A stretch of DNA of 61,029 nt from a virus (lineage: Duplodnaviria > Caudoviricetes). Positions 1-10,639 of the stretch are shown here, one piece after another. Within the stretch, counting starts at the first letter, position 1, and every line of letters starts with the position of its first letter. The stretch spans positions 1 through 61,029 of the IMG/VR virus record IMGVR_UViG_3300027985_000418. One strand, 5' to 3'. Below the pieces are notes generated by a model that was not told the DNA's origin, did not search any database, and saw nothing but the letters and a program-made list of their open reading frames with translations. The position numbers and the translations under genes are program-made.

Positions 1-398
1 GATGTAAATTTGCTCGTGAATATGGACTGTTTTTCAAATGTAGCATTGTATTCTTTTACAACCCCACCATGACAATCTGATTTTAAAGGATTGTTTTCAA
101 GAAAGTCTGAAAGTAATTGTTTACTTAGAGATATTTTTTGAAGTTTGGCGTCATTTATATTTAATTCAATAAGGTCATATTTTTTATAAATATTAATTTC
201 ATCTTCTTCAAATCTTTCTTTAATACTATATAAAGTATTATCAAACGTTGGCATTTCGCTTTCAATAACATGTTTTCCAATTCCAAGCTTATCCAATAAT
301 TCATCGTTTACAGGTGAAGTTATAACTGTATTATCATTGATTATTTGCTCAACCGAAAGAATTTCTATGGGGTTACCATCTTTCATTAAATATTTCAT
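1..398 (-). CDS. Partial tail-fibre assembly-like protein (runs off the left edge)
   Basis: Not in the ORF track; ATG at 398 with AGGAGG RBS, open to position 1 (MKYLMKDGNPIEILSVEQ...SKQLLSDFLENNPLKSDCHGGVVKEYNATFEKQ); follows the tail fibre genes. Confidence 0.55.
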   Translation of the reverse strand, partial: MKYLMKDGNPIEILSVEQIINDNTVITSPVNDELLDKLGIGKHVIESEMPTFDNTLYSIKERFEEDEINIYKKYDLIELNINDAKLQKISLSKQLLSDFLENNPLKSDCHGGVVKEYNATFEKQSIFTSKFT

Positions 399-409
399 AC
401 AATTCCTCC

Positions 410-880
410 TTAATAATTAGACAAATATGGGTTATAAATATCAAGTATTATATAATCTTCTGTCATAATAGTAATATAAATTATGCCTGTAACATTTGAT
501 AAGTCTATTTTTACATTAGTAATATCTGTCCCTTTTGACCAACCTGCATTATAAACATCTTGATAATTTTCATTCCAACCTCTTGTTAATCTAACATATC
601 CATAATTCCCACTACCACTACCACCACCAGTTAAAACAACTAAATGGGGAATCACCAAATAATTATAATTGGTAACATCTATTGCAATATCATGTATTCC
701 CCACATAAAGCCTGTTCCACTATAGTATCGTAGTCTGTCGCTAACACTAAAATCCCTATAAGGTGCATAATAACTTAACATATTATTAAATGAATTATAT
801 CTTAAAGTATAATACAAACTAAAATCAGGCAGCACTTGATTCAACATTAATCTTCGTCTTGTTTCCGTAAACCAATCCAT
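410..880 (-). CDS. Tail fibre-associated / receptor-binding accessory protein
   Basis: N-terminal RRRLM motif common in small proteins after fibre genes; aromatic- and beta-rich; stop/start coupled to the fibre gene. Confidence 0.45.
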   Translation of the reverse strand: MDWFTETRRRLMLNQVLPDFSLYYTLRYNSFNNMLSYYAPYRDFSVSDRLRYYSGTGFMWGIHDIAIDVTNYNYLVIPHLVVLTGGGSGSGNYGYVRLTRGWNENYQDVYNAGWSKGTDITNVKIDLSNVTGIIYITIMTEDYIILDIYNPYLSNY

Positions 881-1989
881 TACACCACCCCATTAATTAT
901 AATAAATACTACACCATTATTCTTTTTAAATGACATTTCATAAAATTTGCTTGTTTTTGGTGTAAATACATTATTACTACAATCAGTACCACTTATTTTA
1001 CATCCTGTAGGCAAAGATACAGATATACTAGTTCCTGTTTTAAATGAAATATATCCATCTTTAAAACCACTTGCAAATGCCGTTATTATTAAGCTTGTAA
1101 GTGTGCCTAATTCATAAGCATAAATATTATCAAAAGTCGAAATGGTTTTGGTTGTTGATACTAAATCAGAAATATTGATTACTAGTGATGTAGGTTTATA
1201 TTGTGAGCCGTCATATATTTGCACTTGCCCAATTGTAGGCATAACATTAGATACATTTACACTTTGTATTGCAAAAGCATTAGTTTTCTGTGCTCCAGAT
1301 TCTATAGCAAAAATTCTGCTATTTAATAATTTACCTTGATTAGCCGACAACCCATTAACAATACTTGTTGAGGTTAAAACATTTTCAATAATATTGTTAG
1401 TTGCACCAGTAGCGATACTATCTAATTTTGCTTTATCAGCACTTGCCATTAAACCATTAGTCGAAGTGGTTGCAACAGGTTTATTAACATCAGATGTATT
1501 ATCCACATTACTTAGACCAACCATTGCTTTTGTTATACCATTTACTGTTCCAGTAAAAGTAGGACTATTTTTATCTGCTTTAGTATCATTTAGTATCTTG
1601 CCCTGGTTAGCAGACAATCCATTAACAGTGCTAGTTGAGGTAAGCGTATTTTCAATAATATTTGTATTGATCCATCTACCACCACCAATAGTTGGTGCAA
1701 TAATGTTAATATTATCATCTACGTCAGTATTGGCTCTAACAAAATAGAATATACCAATACCTATAACATTAATTAATTTACCATCAGTAAATATATCAAT
1801 ATCAGATGTATTTATCGCCCTTAATGTAGCTATGGATGATGTCGGTAGTATAATTGTCTTAATATTATTGATATATAAATTTTCTAATATTTCAATATTA
1901 TCTACAAACATCTTTTGTGGGTCAATTTTATCAAAACTAATATTCTGTGGTCTATTTAATCCACTATATGCTTTATTTATATGTGCCAT
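880..1989 (-). CDS. Tail fibre protein
   Basis: Fibre motifs VGLSNVDNTSD, GLMASADKAKLD and duplicated LTSTSxVNGLSANQGKxL; position after the baseplate genes. Confidence 0.75.
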   Translation of the reverse strand: MAHINKAYSGLNRPQNISFDKIDPQKMFVDNIEILENLYINNIKTIILPTSSIATLRAINTSDIDIFTDGKLINVIGIGIFYFVRANTDVDDNINIIAPTIGGGRWINTNIIENTLTSTSTVNGLSANQGKILNDTKADKNSPTFTGTVNGITKAMVGLSNVDNTSDVNKPVATTSTNGLMASADKAKLDSIATGATNNIIENVLTSTSIVNGLSANQGKLLNSRIFAIESGAQKTNAFAIQSVNVSNVMPTIGQVQIYDGSQYKPTSLVINISDLVSTTKTISTFDNIYAYELGTLTSLIITAFASGFKDGYISFKTGTSISVSLPTGCKISGTDCSNNVFTPKTSKFYEMSFKKNNGVVFIIINGVV

Positions 1990-2010
1990 ATATTATCCTC
2001 CTTTATATTA

Positions 2011-2625
2011 TTAATTACCTATATCGCCATATATTGTATTACTTAATTCATTATATGTTAATTGTGGTAATTCATAATAGTATGTTAATATTAGATTTAA
2101 AAATATAATATATGATACAATTCCAGATGCTTTAGAATCATTAATAGCATCTTGTATAATACTTCTTAGATCTTCACTAAATTCCCTATATTTAAGGTCT
2201 ATTATACATACAATAGTACCATATTCATAATCATCACTATATTCCCATCCATCATATACCTTAATTGCATTATTGATATCAGTATCTGGTAGATTTTGTA
2301 AATCCAAACTAATTGCAATAGCATATATAATAGATTGTTTTGTGCCACCAGATATTGATGTACACGATAATTTTAATCTATTTCTATATGCATCATCAGA
2401 TTCATTATATCTTTTTGGTATATTTAATAGACTTCCCCATCTATTATATAAATCACTACTATTAGTATTATTAATGCCTATTAAGTCATCAATTTGATTG
2501 ATTAATATTTGTAAATCATCTAATTCTTCTGAAATAGCCTTAATAATATTATAAATAATAGATCTTGTATCATCATAATTATAAAACTGTGGTATAGTAG
2601 ATAATATATTAGATAATCTATCCAT
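2011..2625 (-). CDS. Baseplate wedge protein (Mu gp48/XkdU-like)
   Basis: LYNRWGSLLNIPKRYNESDDAYRNRL motif; directly downstream of baseplate J. Confidence 0.7.
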   Translation of the reverse strand: MDRLSNILSTIPQFYNYDDTRSIIYNIIKAISEELDDLQILINQIDDLIGINNTNSSDLYNRWGSLLNIPKRYNESDDAYRNRLKLSCTSISGGTKQSIIYAIAISLDLQNLPDTDINNAIKVYDGWEYSDDYEYGTIVCIIDLKYREFSEDLRSIIQDAINDSKASGIVSYIIFLNLILTYYYELPQLTYNELSNTIYGDIGN

Positions 2626-3691
2626 TCCATATCACCCCATCTATAGTAATAGTACCACATGATATAATTTCTGTATTCAACACTGATATATTATCTGTAG
2701 GTGATACCGTTGATATATCCATATTATGGACATTACACTCGCTCAATATATATCGTTCCATTTGATTAATAATAAATGAATCAGATATTTTTAATGTTTC
2801 AAAATATTGTACAATAGCATTACCTATGTCATCTATATCACCAATACTGTTATATCTATTTACTGAAACATTTATAGGAACTAATGTTGGGTATATAACT
2901 GCAACATCTATACCTGCAGGTTTAATTTCTATAATTGTTTCATTTATTTTTGCAGATAATTCGTCTGATGGTGGTATTGTATCTGTTACTATAATTAGGT
3001 CTGTTGTTCCGATACCCCTAGCCATATCTATGGCAGAAACATCGATTACACCAATAATATCCATTATACCATTTTCTAATGCTATATTTGTACCTCTACC
3101 AAGTTTCTGTAGTGCATTCTTAGCACGTACCCTAACATCTTCATCAGATTCTGTATTAGTACCACCATATATAACATCTGCATTATATACTGATTCTATA
3201 CCAATAATTGGTGTATTCATAACACATAATGCATTTGCAGGAATAAAAATATTTCCTGCATCAATCGCTTCAACATTTACATTAACACTCAATTGACCTG
3301 CAGGAATATAAGCATTATCATCGGTTACTATAAATTGTATATTACCATCAACCGTACTAATAATCTGAGCATATTCAATATATATATCATTAATAGATGG
3401 TTCTGTCATACTAAATGTAACAACACCGATGCATTTTGTTGCAGGTTTACGTATAATACCTAATATCATAACTAATGCATCTAAATCGCTACCAATTGAT
3501 GTATCAATACATTTAGCATTATAAACCTGTTTTACATTGAATTGTTGTATGTCTAATTCTGACATTATTGATTCTACAATTGTTCTAATAACTGATCCAT
3601 CATTGATATTTGTAATACCAATATTAGAATTGACAATCTTAGTTAATACATTGTCTGTCATATTATCAAAATCTTTTAATTGTAATCCCAT
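2618..3691 (-). CDS. Baseplate J / gp47 family protein
   Basis: GSVIRTIVES, GSDLDAL, AGNI and GGTNTESDEDVRVR motifs; ends with KPAGI. Confidence 0.9.
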   Translation of the reverse strand: MGLQLKDFDNMTDNVLTKIVNSNIGITNINDGSVIRTIVESIMSELDIQQFNVKQVYNAKCIDTSIGSDLDALVMILGIIRKPATKCIGVVTFSMTEPSINDIYIEYAQIISTVDGNIQFIVTDDNAYIPAGQLSVNVNVEAIDAGNIFIPANALCVMNTPIIGIESVYNADVIYGGTNTESDEDVRVRAKNALQKLGRGTNIALENGIMDIIGVIDVSAIDMARGIGTTDLIIVTDTIPPSDELSAKINETIIEIKPAGIDVAVIYPTLVPINVSVNRYNSIGDIDDIGNAIVQYFETLKISDSFIINQMERYILSECNVHNMDISTVSPTDNISVLNTEIISCGTITIDGVIWNG

Positions 3692-3695
3692 TCTA

Positions 3696-4058
3696 TCACC
3701 ATCCTATATTAACATTACTAGAAATTACATTATTATTACAGTCTATAACAAATGCTATTTCACACATATTGTCTGATAATGGTGTCACAGTTAACGATAT
3801 AACCTTAGAAATTCTATTATCTTGTAATATGGTATTTTTACAATCATCTGCTATAATACTTATGTATGAATTAGACACCTTAATACGTCTACTATATACT
3901 TTATTACCCATATTTGTATGAAACGGATTCTCTCCATATACTGTCCATATATTATGTATTACACTTTGTATTATCTCATTATCATCATATATGATATTAA
4001 TATCACCATTTTTTAATGATATATCATTGCCGCACATAATATCTCCCATATTATCCAC
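3696..4058 (-). CDS. Baseplate GPW/gp25-like (sheath initiator) protein
   Basis: GENPFHTNMG and ILQDNRI motifs, size and position; start probably 4049. Confidence 0.7.
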   Translation of the reverse strand: MDNMGDIMCGNDISLKNGDINIIYDDNEIIQSVIHNIWTVYGENPFHTNMGNKVYSRRIKVSNSYISIIADDCKNTILQDNRISKVISLTVTPLSDNMCEIAFVIDCNNNVISSNVNIGW

Positions 4059-4072
4059 CTCATTTATTTAAA

Positions 4073-4101
4073 ATTATAGTATATCCTATAAATATTGTAA
4101 A
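4073..4101 (-). promoter_or_regulatory. Putative internal promoter TTTACA-N17-TATAAT
   Basis: Near-consensus hexamers with a 17-bp spacer in an intergenic gap. Confidence 0.4.
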
Positions 4102-4113
4102 GTTATTATCATT

Positions 4114-4746
4114 TTAAAATAATGTACCGTTTATATCTACAGATAATGCAGACAATACAATACCACCATTTGATATACTAACATTACTAGAACCATTACT
4201 CATATCAATTGCAGAATCAGATATATTAACGCTAACAGAATCATTACTCATATTAATTGCAGATCCAGATATATTAATATGTGATTTATCATTATCAATA
4301 GAAATTTCAGAATCAGATATATTAATATGTGATTTATCATTATTAATAGAGATATTCTTACAACTTTCATCCATAATAATACTAGTATTGGTATTATATA
4401 TTTTTATATTATTATTAATATCTAATACTATACGTGCAGTACCTTTATTATATAATATTGTTTCTCCAGGTTTCGTTGCAGGTCTATTTCTATTGAATAC
4501 ACCAATTGATGATACATGCTGATTATTATTATTAATAGTCTGTGATAACATACCCTTTAATGGTGATGATGATATACCATATGGTAGTATTGATAAAGTA
4601 CTTCTTGAATCACTACTAACATCTACTTGTACATTTGGATTTTTGCCATCAATTGGCATCGATGATATGCTACCAATACAATGATCATATGATTTAGGTT
4701 TCTGAGAACGTCTAAAATCTTGTATTGTTTTATACCTATAATTCAT
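4114..4746 (-). CDS. Baseplate spike (Mu gp45/gpV-like)
   Basis: PYGISSSP and PGETILYN motifs; C-terminal 16-aa beta-helix repeats (ISxxNDKSHINISxS). Confidence 0.75.
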   Translation of the reverse strand: MNYRYKTIQDFRRSQKPKSYDHCIGSISSMPIDGKNPNVQVDVSSDSRSTLSILPYGISSSPLKGMLSQTINNNNQHVSSIGVFNRNRPATKPGETILYNKGTARIVLDINNNIKIYNTNTSIIMDESCKNISINNDKSHINISDSEISIDNDKSHINISGSAINMSNDSVSVNISDSAIDMSNGSSNVSISNGGIVLSALSVDINGTLF

Positions 4747-4752
4747 ATTATA

Positions 4753-5850
4753 TTACCCCTTTCTAGATGCTATTACATCACTTATCGTCATTTTTGGAGT
4801 ACCAGTTATACCACCATTGGTTTCTGTACCCTGTCCATTCCATAATACATTAAATGTTGTATCACCTGGTATCATAGTTATATCTATTATGCCACCATTA
4901 GTGGTATTCTTATGATATGTAACACCCACTATGAAAAATATAGCATTTAATTTTGTGATTGTATCAACTACTAGGGCAGTTTTATTTGGTAATATAATTG
5001 TATCTTTAATAGGTACTGATACTACTAATTGTATATTGTCTTTAAATCCATCTCTAATATCTTCTAATGCATTAGCAGAATATTTTGTCACACTATCATC
5101 ATTTGATGATCGTCTAGTCGATCTACGTCTTATATTATTATTTATCATCCAATCATTTCGTGCTGTTCCGACTATTTTATTTGCACCATTATTGGTTGAT
5201 CCATATATCTTAATCTCACTCTTGGTATCAGTACCATCTTCTGTTAATGATAAACTTTTGATGTGTGTACCATAATTTACCCCTCTAGTGAAAGTATATG
5301 AATGTGCATCAGATGTTGACCATTTACCAGAATATAATGTGTCATAGATATACCATAATCTATGTCTATCATTAATTAATAAATTATTCATAATAGATAT
5401 CTCTGATTCAGATGTACCTATAATTAATTTATTAATAGTGGTAGTATTACTATTAATATTACATTTAATGCCATATTCAGAACATTTACTTATGATATAT
5501 TTAGATGGATTAATGCTATATAGTGTAGATGGTAATGCATCATTATCAATAAGTATATGTGCCATATCTCTACCATTTACTTGTATAGTATTATTATCAG
5601 AGCCATATTGATATATTACTCTATCAACCTCACCACTTATAATACCAATACCATTGATTGATATAGATACTTTATCAAATCTATTTATAATACCAGTATA
5701 TATACCACCTACATTACTAATAATAAAGCTAAATATATCAGCATCGGTTTCTAAATCAATATCAATATTATACTCTAAAAATTTATTTATGGTAAATATT
5801 TTATTTAAACGTCTACTAGTAACTGTTAATGTTGTATTTGAAGATTTCAT
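4753..5850 (-). CDS. Baseplate hub (Mu gp44/GpD-like)
   Basis: DLETDADIFSF and VNGRDMAHILID motifs; synteny. Confidence 0.75.
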   Translation of the reverse strand: MKSSNTTLTVTSRRLNKIFTINKFLEYNIDIDLETDADIFSFIISNVGGIYTGIINRFDKVSISINGIGIISGEVDRVIYQYGSDNNTIQVNGRDMAHILIDNDALPSTLYSINPSKYIISKCSEYGIKCNINSNTTTINKLIIGTSESEISIMNNLLINDRHRLWYIYDTLYSGKWSTSDAHSYTFTRGVNYGTHIKSLSLTEDGTDTKSEIKIYGSTNNGANKIVGTARNDWMINNNIRRRSTRRSSNDDSVTKYSANALEDIRDGFKDNIQLVVSVPIKDTIILPNKTALVVDTITKLNAIFFIVGVTYHKNTTNGGIIDITMIPGDTTFNVLWNGQGTETNGGITGTPKMTISDVIASRKG

Positions 5851-5873
5851 TATTTATCACCACCATTTATTAT

Positions 5874-6671
5874 TTAAGGTAATCGTAATATTTGACCAGG
5901 TTTTAAATCTAATGGATTTTTAATATTATTTGCCGACAATATTGCTGTTATACTAATACCAGTAGCTGTTTCTATACTGCGTGTATTATCAGTATTTTTT
6001 ATTACATATGTATTATTTGTACTAGATGTATTATCAGATGAATATAATTTCACATCAGATACTTGCATCCATCCCTTACTGCCAACATGTACTGGATAAT
6101 TAACACCACTTTTATAGTTTGTATATGTTACCGTAAATTTTTCATTTACAAGCAATCTTGTTTTTGGTAAAGTACCATATGATGTGTAATATGCATATCC
6201 ATTTACAATAACTATATCACCAACATTAAAATTCCTATTTATTGTTGGTGATATAGATGTATTTGCACTAGGTATCACAACCAATTGTTTTGGTTCGATG
6301 CCTAATGCTTTTATATAGATTATAAATTCTGCTTTATATTCTATATAATCCACTGATGCCCCTAATGTAGCTTGTAATTTTATCATTAGTGCATTATTAT
6401 ATTTATTATATACTGGGTGGTAGAATTCTCCAGGACCAGTTTTGTGATATTCTTCTAATAATGATTGCCATTGTTTATATGCATTAGCACCGAAAAATGC
6501 ACCGTCTGCTGTCATTATAGCAAAACTTGTATTTGTATCTTCTACATCAATACCAACACATTCTGGATAAATATGACTAATATAATTACGTTCAGTTGAA
6601 AATTCACTTATCTTCGGATTATTCTCCCATTGAAATGATTTATATCTCATTTTCCCTAACATATTATTCAC
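5874..6671 (-). CDS. LysM-containing tail tube initiator / baseplate protein
   Basis: C-terminal LysM-like repeat (ILSANNIKNPLDLKPGQILRLP); directly after the tape measure gene. Confidence 0.7.
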   Translation of the reverse strand: MNNMLGKMRYKSFQWENNPKISEFSTERNYISHIYPECVGIDVEDTNTSFAIMTADGAFFGANAYKQWQSLLEEYHKTGPGEFYHPVYNKYNNALMIKLQATLGASVDYIEYKAEFIIYIKALGIEPKQLVVIPSANTSISPTINRNFNVGDIVIVNGYAYYTSYGTLPKTRLLVNEKFTVTYTNYKSGVNYPVHVGSKGWMQVSDVKLYSSDNTSSTNNTYVIKNTDNTRSIETATGISITAILSANNIKNPLDLKPGQILRLP

Positions 6672-9447
6672 CCCACATATTTCCTATCCCAAATCTTGAT
6701 CCCTGTTGTTTGAACCAATTATTTATATCTATTGGACCTTGTTTCATATCTAATATAGATTTTGATTTTACTTGATTACCATCAACAAATACCGTAACAT
6801 TTACATTTGGACTAACATTAATAGATTGATTATTTTGTAATATTGATTTATCCCAATCATATTTACTAGAATCACCTATACCCATTGCCTTATCCATTGA
6901 ATATGGATCATTTGGTAAATTTTTAAAATCTAATTTATCTGCCATAGTATTTGATAATGCATCCATATACATATTAAATTGCTCAACAGACATATTATCA
7001 TCTTTATTTTGTAAATAATATCGTGTTGCCATACCACGAAAATATTGCTTGCCAATAGACCATTTATCCATACCATCTATATTGTTTACATAATTCTTTA
7101 ATTTATTACTGTATTCCTTTGGCATTATATTATCATTCATTTCATATTGGTCATATTTATTAGGCATATATGATTTATTTCTATCTAAATTCGTTTTAGG
7201 ATCTGCATTAAAATTATATGTTTCATTTATACCAGTTCGAAATGCAGCAGGTCTTACATCACTAGATCCAGTCATACTTAATACTAATACACCTGCAGTT
7301 AATGCACCACCCAATCTTAATGCACCACTAGCAATTGTACCTGCCTTAGATGCCACAGATGGTACTGCCCTATATACACCATCTTTACCTGCCTGCATAG
7401 TTATTGCTTTTGCACCTGTACCACCTAATGAAGCACCACTAGTACCTAATCCTTTTAATCCATATCCTAATGCACCACCACCTAATGCACCACCTAATCC
7501 AGATCCAATATTAGGTCCAGATGATGGCAATGTTGGAGTATTTGGTAATGTTGGAGTATTTGGTAATGTCGGAGTACCACCAGATTTACCAGGTGTTCCA
7601 CCACTCTGTCCATATACATTAACTATATTGGCTCTAACTGTCATAGTCTGTAATGTAGCAGATACTGCACCACTAATGTTTGCAGTAGCTGTCTTTATAT
7701 TAGCTACTGGAGTATTAACATCAGTTACAGGACTTGTTACCGTAGTTTTAGCTGATATCATTTTGCCTAATACCCCACCAGTATATCTCCATATAGTAGT
7801 GAGAGAACCTAATATCTTAGCTAAGAAATTAATACCTGCCAATGTTGATAATGCAATTACTGCTCTATGTGCATTTCTTGCTAATCCCTGTAGTTCTGGT
7901 GGTAAATCTTTTATCTTATCATTGGTATCATCAACAGCTGTACTCAATATTTCAAATGCACCACTTAAATCACCACCTAATAATGATATTGTAGCACTTG
8001 GTATACCTAATAATGTAGGTGATATTGCATTAGTAATCTGAATACCGTCTGCACCTGTATCCATTATATTTCTAACTAAACTGCCAATACGTTCTCCATA
8101 TCTTTCAGATATTAGATCACCAGATTCTGATATAGAAGTACGTAATGCACTAAAATCAATTTCATAACTACCAGGATCTGATAGAAAATTAAATAATTGA
8201 TCTGATATATTATTAACAACTGGTGATAATCTAGATCCAAAATCTGTCTTAACACCACTCCATGCTATTTTCATCTTAGCAATATTACCGTATTGAGATT
8301 CCATCATCAAATCCCACTTAGCATCAGATAGTCCATCAGATGTATTAGTAATCAAATCAATAGCTTCAGATAGTAGGTTCTCACCATTTTCTCCTTTTCT
8401 ACCTAATGCATATGCAGCTTTCATTTGGAATAATCCAAATAATTTCTTAGCAAACCATGCTTGTTCTTCATCATTTAATGCACCCATTGCTTCATCCAAT
8501 AATGGTGTAACTTCTTCCATTGACTTTAAATTACCGTCAGCATTAGTAATCTCATTTAAGAATGCATTATACATACTACCTGCTTGACCAGGTGCATTAC
8601 CAATAACCGTAGCAGAAGCATCACTAGATGCTAACATACGTGTAAATAATGCTTGTGCACCAGTACCTGCTAATGATCCCTTAAGACCTGCATTACCCAT
8701 TGTGGCAATCATGCCTAATACTTCTTCCATCGGTCTATCTAAACCAGATGCAATACCACCTACATATTTCATTGATTCAACAATGTCCTCAACATCAATG
8801 ATAGAAATATCTGCCGCACGAGATACTTTATCTAACATATCCTCCCATTCATCCATAGGAACACTAAATTGTGTACCTAATGATACAGCAAAATTTGTAG
8901 CAGTTTCAAGCTGTAGGTCATTACCACCTGCAAATTTCATTATACCCTCTACAGCATTTGAATTTAATATCTCTGGTGCTGTTCTACCTGCCTTGATCAA
9001 TGCTGTTTGAATACCTGCTATCTCTCTAGCATCATATAATGAGCCTTTGCCATTAGGTCCAGTAATACCAAAATTGATAGCCATATCTCGTAATTGTTTC
9101 TGATCCTGTATAAATTTGGCTTGTGACTCTGCTGTTTTATTATAATTGTTAGACATAGCACCCATTGTTTTAGCATGTTGCTGTTCTAAATTTGTAAAAT
9201 TACTAATTGCATCAGATGTGAAATCAACAACTGATCTACCAACACCCCTAAATACAGACATAGCAACACGATTAAAATCTCGCATTGCTGTGTTGTACCC
9301 ACGTAAACCTCTATCTAAAGACAATAGTCCATTATTTACCTTAGATAGAGCCATGGCAGAACTTTTGGTGATATTTCTAAGAGCATTAGTAGCATAATCA
9401 TTGACCAAAACATCAATAGTAATTTTTTGGGACAATGTATCCACCAC
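6664..9447 (-). CDS. Tape measure protein (TP901-type core)
   Basis: ESMKYVGGIA and MGNAGLKGSLAGT core motifs; Ala/Gly-rich; 927 aa; PTLPNT repeat near 7525-7580. Confidence 0.9.
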   Translation of the reverse strand: MVDTLSQKITIDVLVNDYATNALRNITKSSAMALSKVNNGLLSLDRGLRGYNTAMRDFNRVAMSVFRGVGRSVVDFTSDAISNFTNLEQQHAKTMGAMSNNYNKTAESQAKFIQDQKQLRDMAINFGITGPNGKGSLYDAREIAGIQTALIKAGRTAPEILNSNAVEGIMKFAGGNDLQLETATNFAVSLGTQFSVPMDEWEDMLDKVSRAADISIIDVEDIVESMKYVGGIASGLDRPMEEVLGMIATMGNAGLKGSLAGTGAQALFTRMLASSDASATVIGNAPGQAGSMYNAFLNEITNADGNLKSMEEVTPLLDEAMGALNDEEQAWFAKKLFGLFQMKAAYALGRKGENGENLLSEAIDLITNTSDGLSDAKWDLMMESQYGNIAKMKIAWSGVKTDFGSRLSPVVNNISDQLFNFLSDPGSYEIDFSALRTSISESGDLISERYGERIGSLVRNIMDTGADGIQITNAISPTLLGIPSATISLLGGDLSGAFEILSTAVDDTNDKIKDLPPELQGLARNAHRAVIALSTLAGINFLAKILGSLTTIWRYTGGVLGKMISAKTTVTSPVTDVNTPVANIKTATANISGAVSATLQTMTVRANIVNVYGQSGGTPGKSGGTPTLPNTPTLPNTPTLPSSGPNIGSGLGGALGGGALGYGLKGLGTSGASLGGTGAKAITMQAGKDGVYRAVPSVASKAGTIASGALRLGGALTAGVLVLSMTGSSDVRPAAFRTGINETYNFNADPKTNLDRNKSYMPNKYDQYEMNDNIMPKEYSNKLKNYVNNIDGMDKWSIGKQYFRGMATRYYLQNKDDNMSVEQFNMYMDALSNTMADKLDFKNLPNDPYSMDKAMGIGDSSKYDWDKSILQNNQSINVSPNVNVTVFVDGNQVKSKSILDMKQGPIDINNWFKQQGSRFGIGNMWGE

Positions 9448-9464
9448 CTATCATAGTTCTATAT

Positions 9465-9806
9465 TTAGTTATTAATTTGTTTTAATAAATCAATGTCTAT
9501 TTCTCCATTATTCGTTAGATTTAATTTATTGAAACGTTCATAGTCAAAATTCGGATTAATAAATGCACCTTTACTTGATAATACCTTACCACATTTTATA
9601 CATTTATCCTTAGAGGTAACCTCGGTTTTACACTTATCACACATTGATTCCATATGTTCATCATGATCAACAGCTTCATTTACAAATAGCCATAACCATT
9701 GGCTATCGGTCATATTTCTGAAACTATCGTCTGATGGCAATTTTTTAAATGTACGAGCAATACGGTACTTAAATCGCTCAATGGGGTTACCTCTAAGTGT
9801 TTTTTT
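9465..9806 (-). CDS. Tail assembly chaperone, -1 frameshift extension (gpGT-like)
   Basis: Frame is open from the slippery A-AAA-AAA (9806-9800): KKTLRGNPIERFKYRIARTFKKLPSDD...; immediately before the tape measure gene. Confidence 0.7.
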   Translation of the reverse strand, partial: KKTLRGNPIERFKYRIARTFKKLPSDDSFRNMTDSQWLWLFVNEAVDHDEHMESMCDKCKTEVTSKDKCIKCGKVLSSKGAFINPNFDYERFNKLNLTNNGEIDIDLLKQINN

Positions 9807-10213
9807 ATGATGTCTAATTCCTCCTGTGTCAATGTTTCCAGTTTAGGTGCTTTATTGATAATTAATTCACCATATGCACCACATATCCTGGAAATATCCT
9901 CATTATCTAAGCACTCACCCACTTCTGCAGGCGATGATGCAATCTTAGTAGATAATGTAGGATCAGATGGATCTCGCATACAGTTATATGCCAAAAGTTT
10001 ATTATACATCTGTTGTTTTACGGAATCACTCATTTTGTTTGGATTAATATGTGCATACTCTTCCACTTTTTCATTGATCATTTGCATTTCGTCAATAGAT
10101 AACATTACCACAACAACGGTAATGGAGTCTTCCCCATTACCGAGTACAATTTTCTTGTGTTGTGGTGCACCATTTCTTAAACGTCTTAAAATATTGTCAC
10201 CCATACTATACAA
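9710..10213 (-). CDS. Tail assembly chaperone (gpG-like)
   Basis: Between the tube and tape measure genes; contains the IKK slippery site. Confidence 0.75.
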   Translation of the reverse strand: MYSMGDNILRRLRNGAPQHKKIVLGNGEDSITVVVVMLSIDEMQMINEKVEEYAHINPNKMSDSVKQQMYNKLLAYNCMRDPSDPTLSTKIASSPAEVGECLDNEDISRICGAYGELIINKAPKLETLTQEELDIIKKHLEVTPLSDLSTVLLVHLKNCHQTIVSEI

Positions 10214-10224
10214 CCTCCAGATAA

Positions 10225-10620
10225 TTATTCTTCTACTCTATCAAGAGCAACTAGTGAAATTTTCTCAGCAACTTTATCTTTCAATGAGCCATCTTCAGAA
10301 ATATCTGAAATAATACAACTCTTAAATACAACCCTCTTGCCATTCTTAATAATAACAAAATTGAATCCCCAATCAGATAGGTTATAAAAGTTTATACCAT
10401 CGGCAATTGCAGTATCCTCTAGGTATACTCTGCTGATATCAATATTATATTTCTTAGATCCATTAGTAAAGCCAATAGGTGTTGATTGACCAAATGCATC
10501 AATTGTTTTAACATCATTTGTGTACTTGGTACTATAAGATTCAACTCCTGCAATACGTTTGCCATCTATTTCGAAAAAAATATCATCACTATTCGTGATT
10601 TTTACTCCAGGTGCAGCCAT
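10225..10620 (-). CDS. Tail tube protein
   Basis: 131-aa beta-rich protein immediately after the sheath gene (IDAFGQSTPIG). Confidence 0.7.
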   Translation of the reverse strand: MAAPGVKITNSDDIFFEIDGKRIAGVESYSTKYTNDVKTIDAFGQSTPIGFTNGSKKYNIDISRVYLEDTAIADGINFYNLSDWGFNFVIIKNGKRVVFKSCIISDISEDGSLKDKVAEKISLVALDRVEE

Positions 10621-10639
10621 AATTATTACCTCCTATAAA

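Noticed and set aside
410-1989. Diversity-generating retroelement or invertible tail-fibre cassette
   Set aside because: No reverse transcriptase, recombinase or template/variable repeat pair seen; the internal duplication is an ordinary fibre repeat
4190-4350. 48-bp tandem repeats as a non-coding element
   Set aside because: They encode the beta-helix repeats of the baseplate spike
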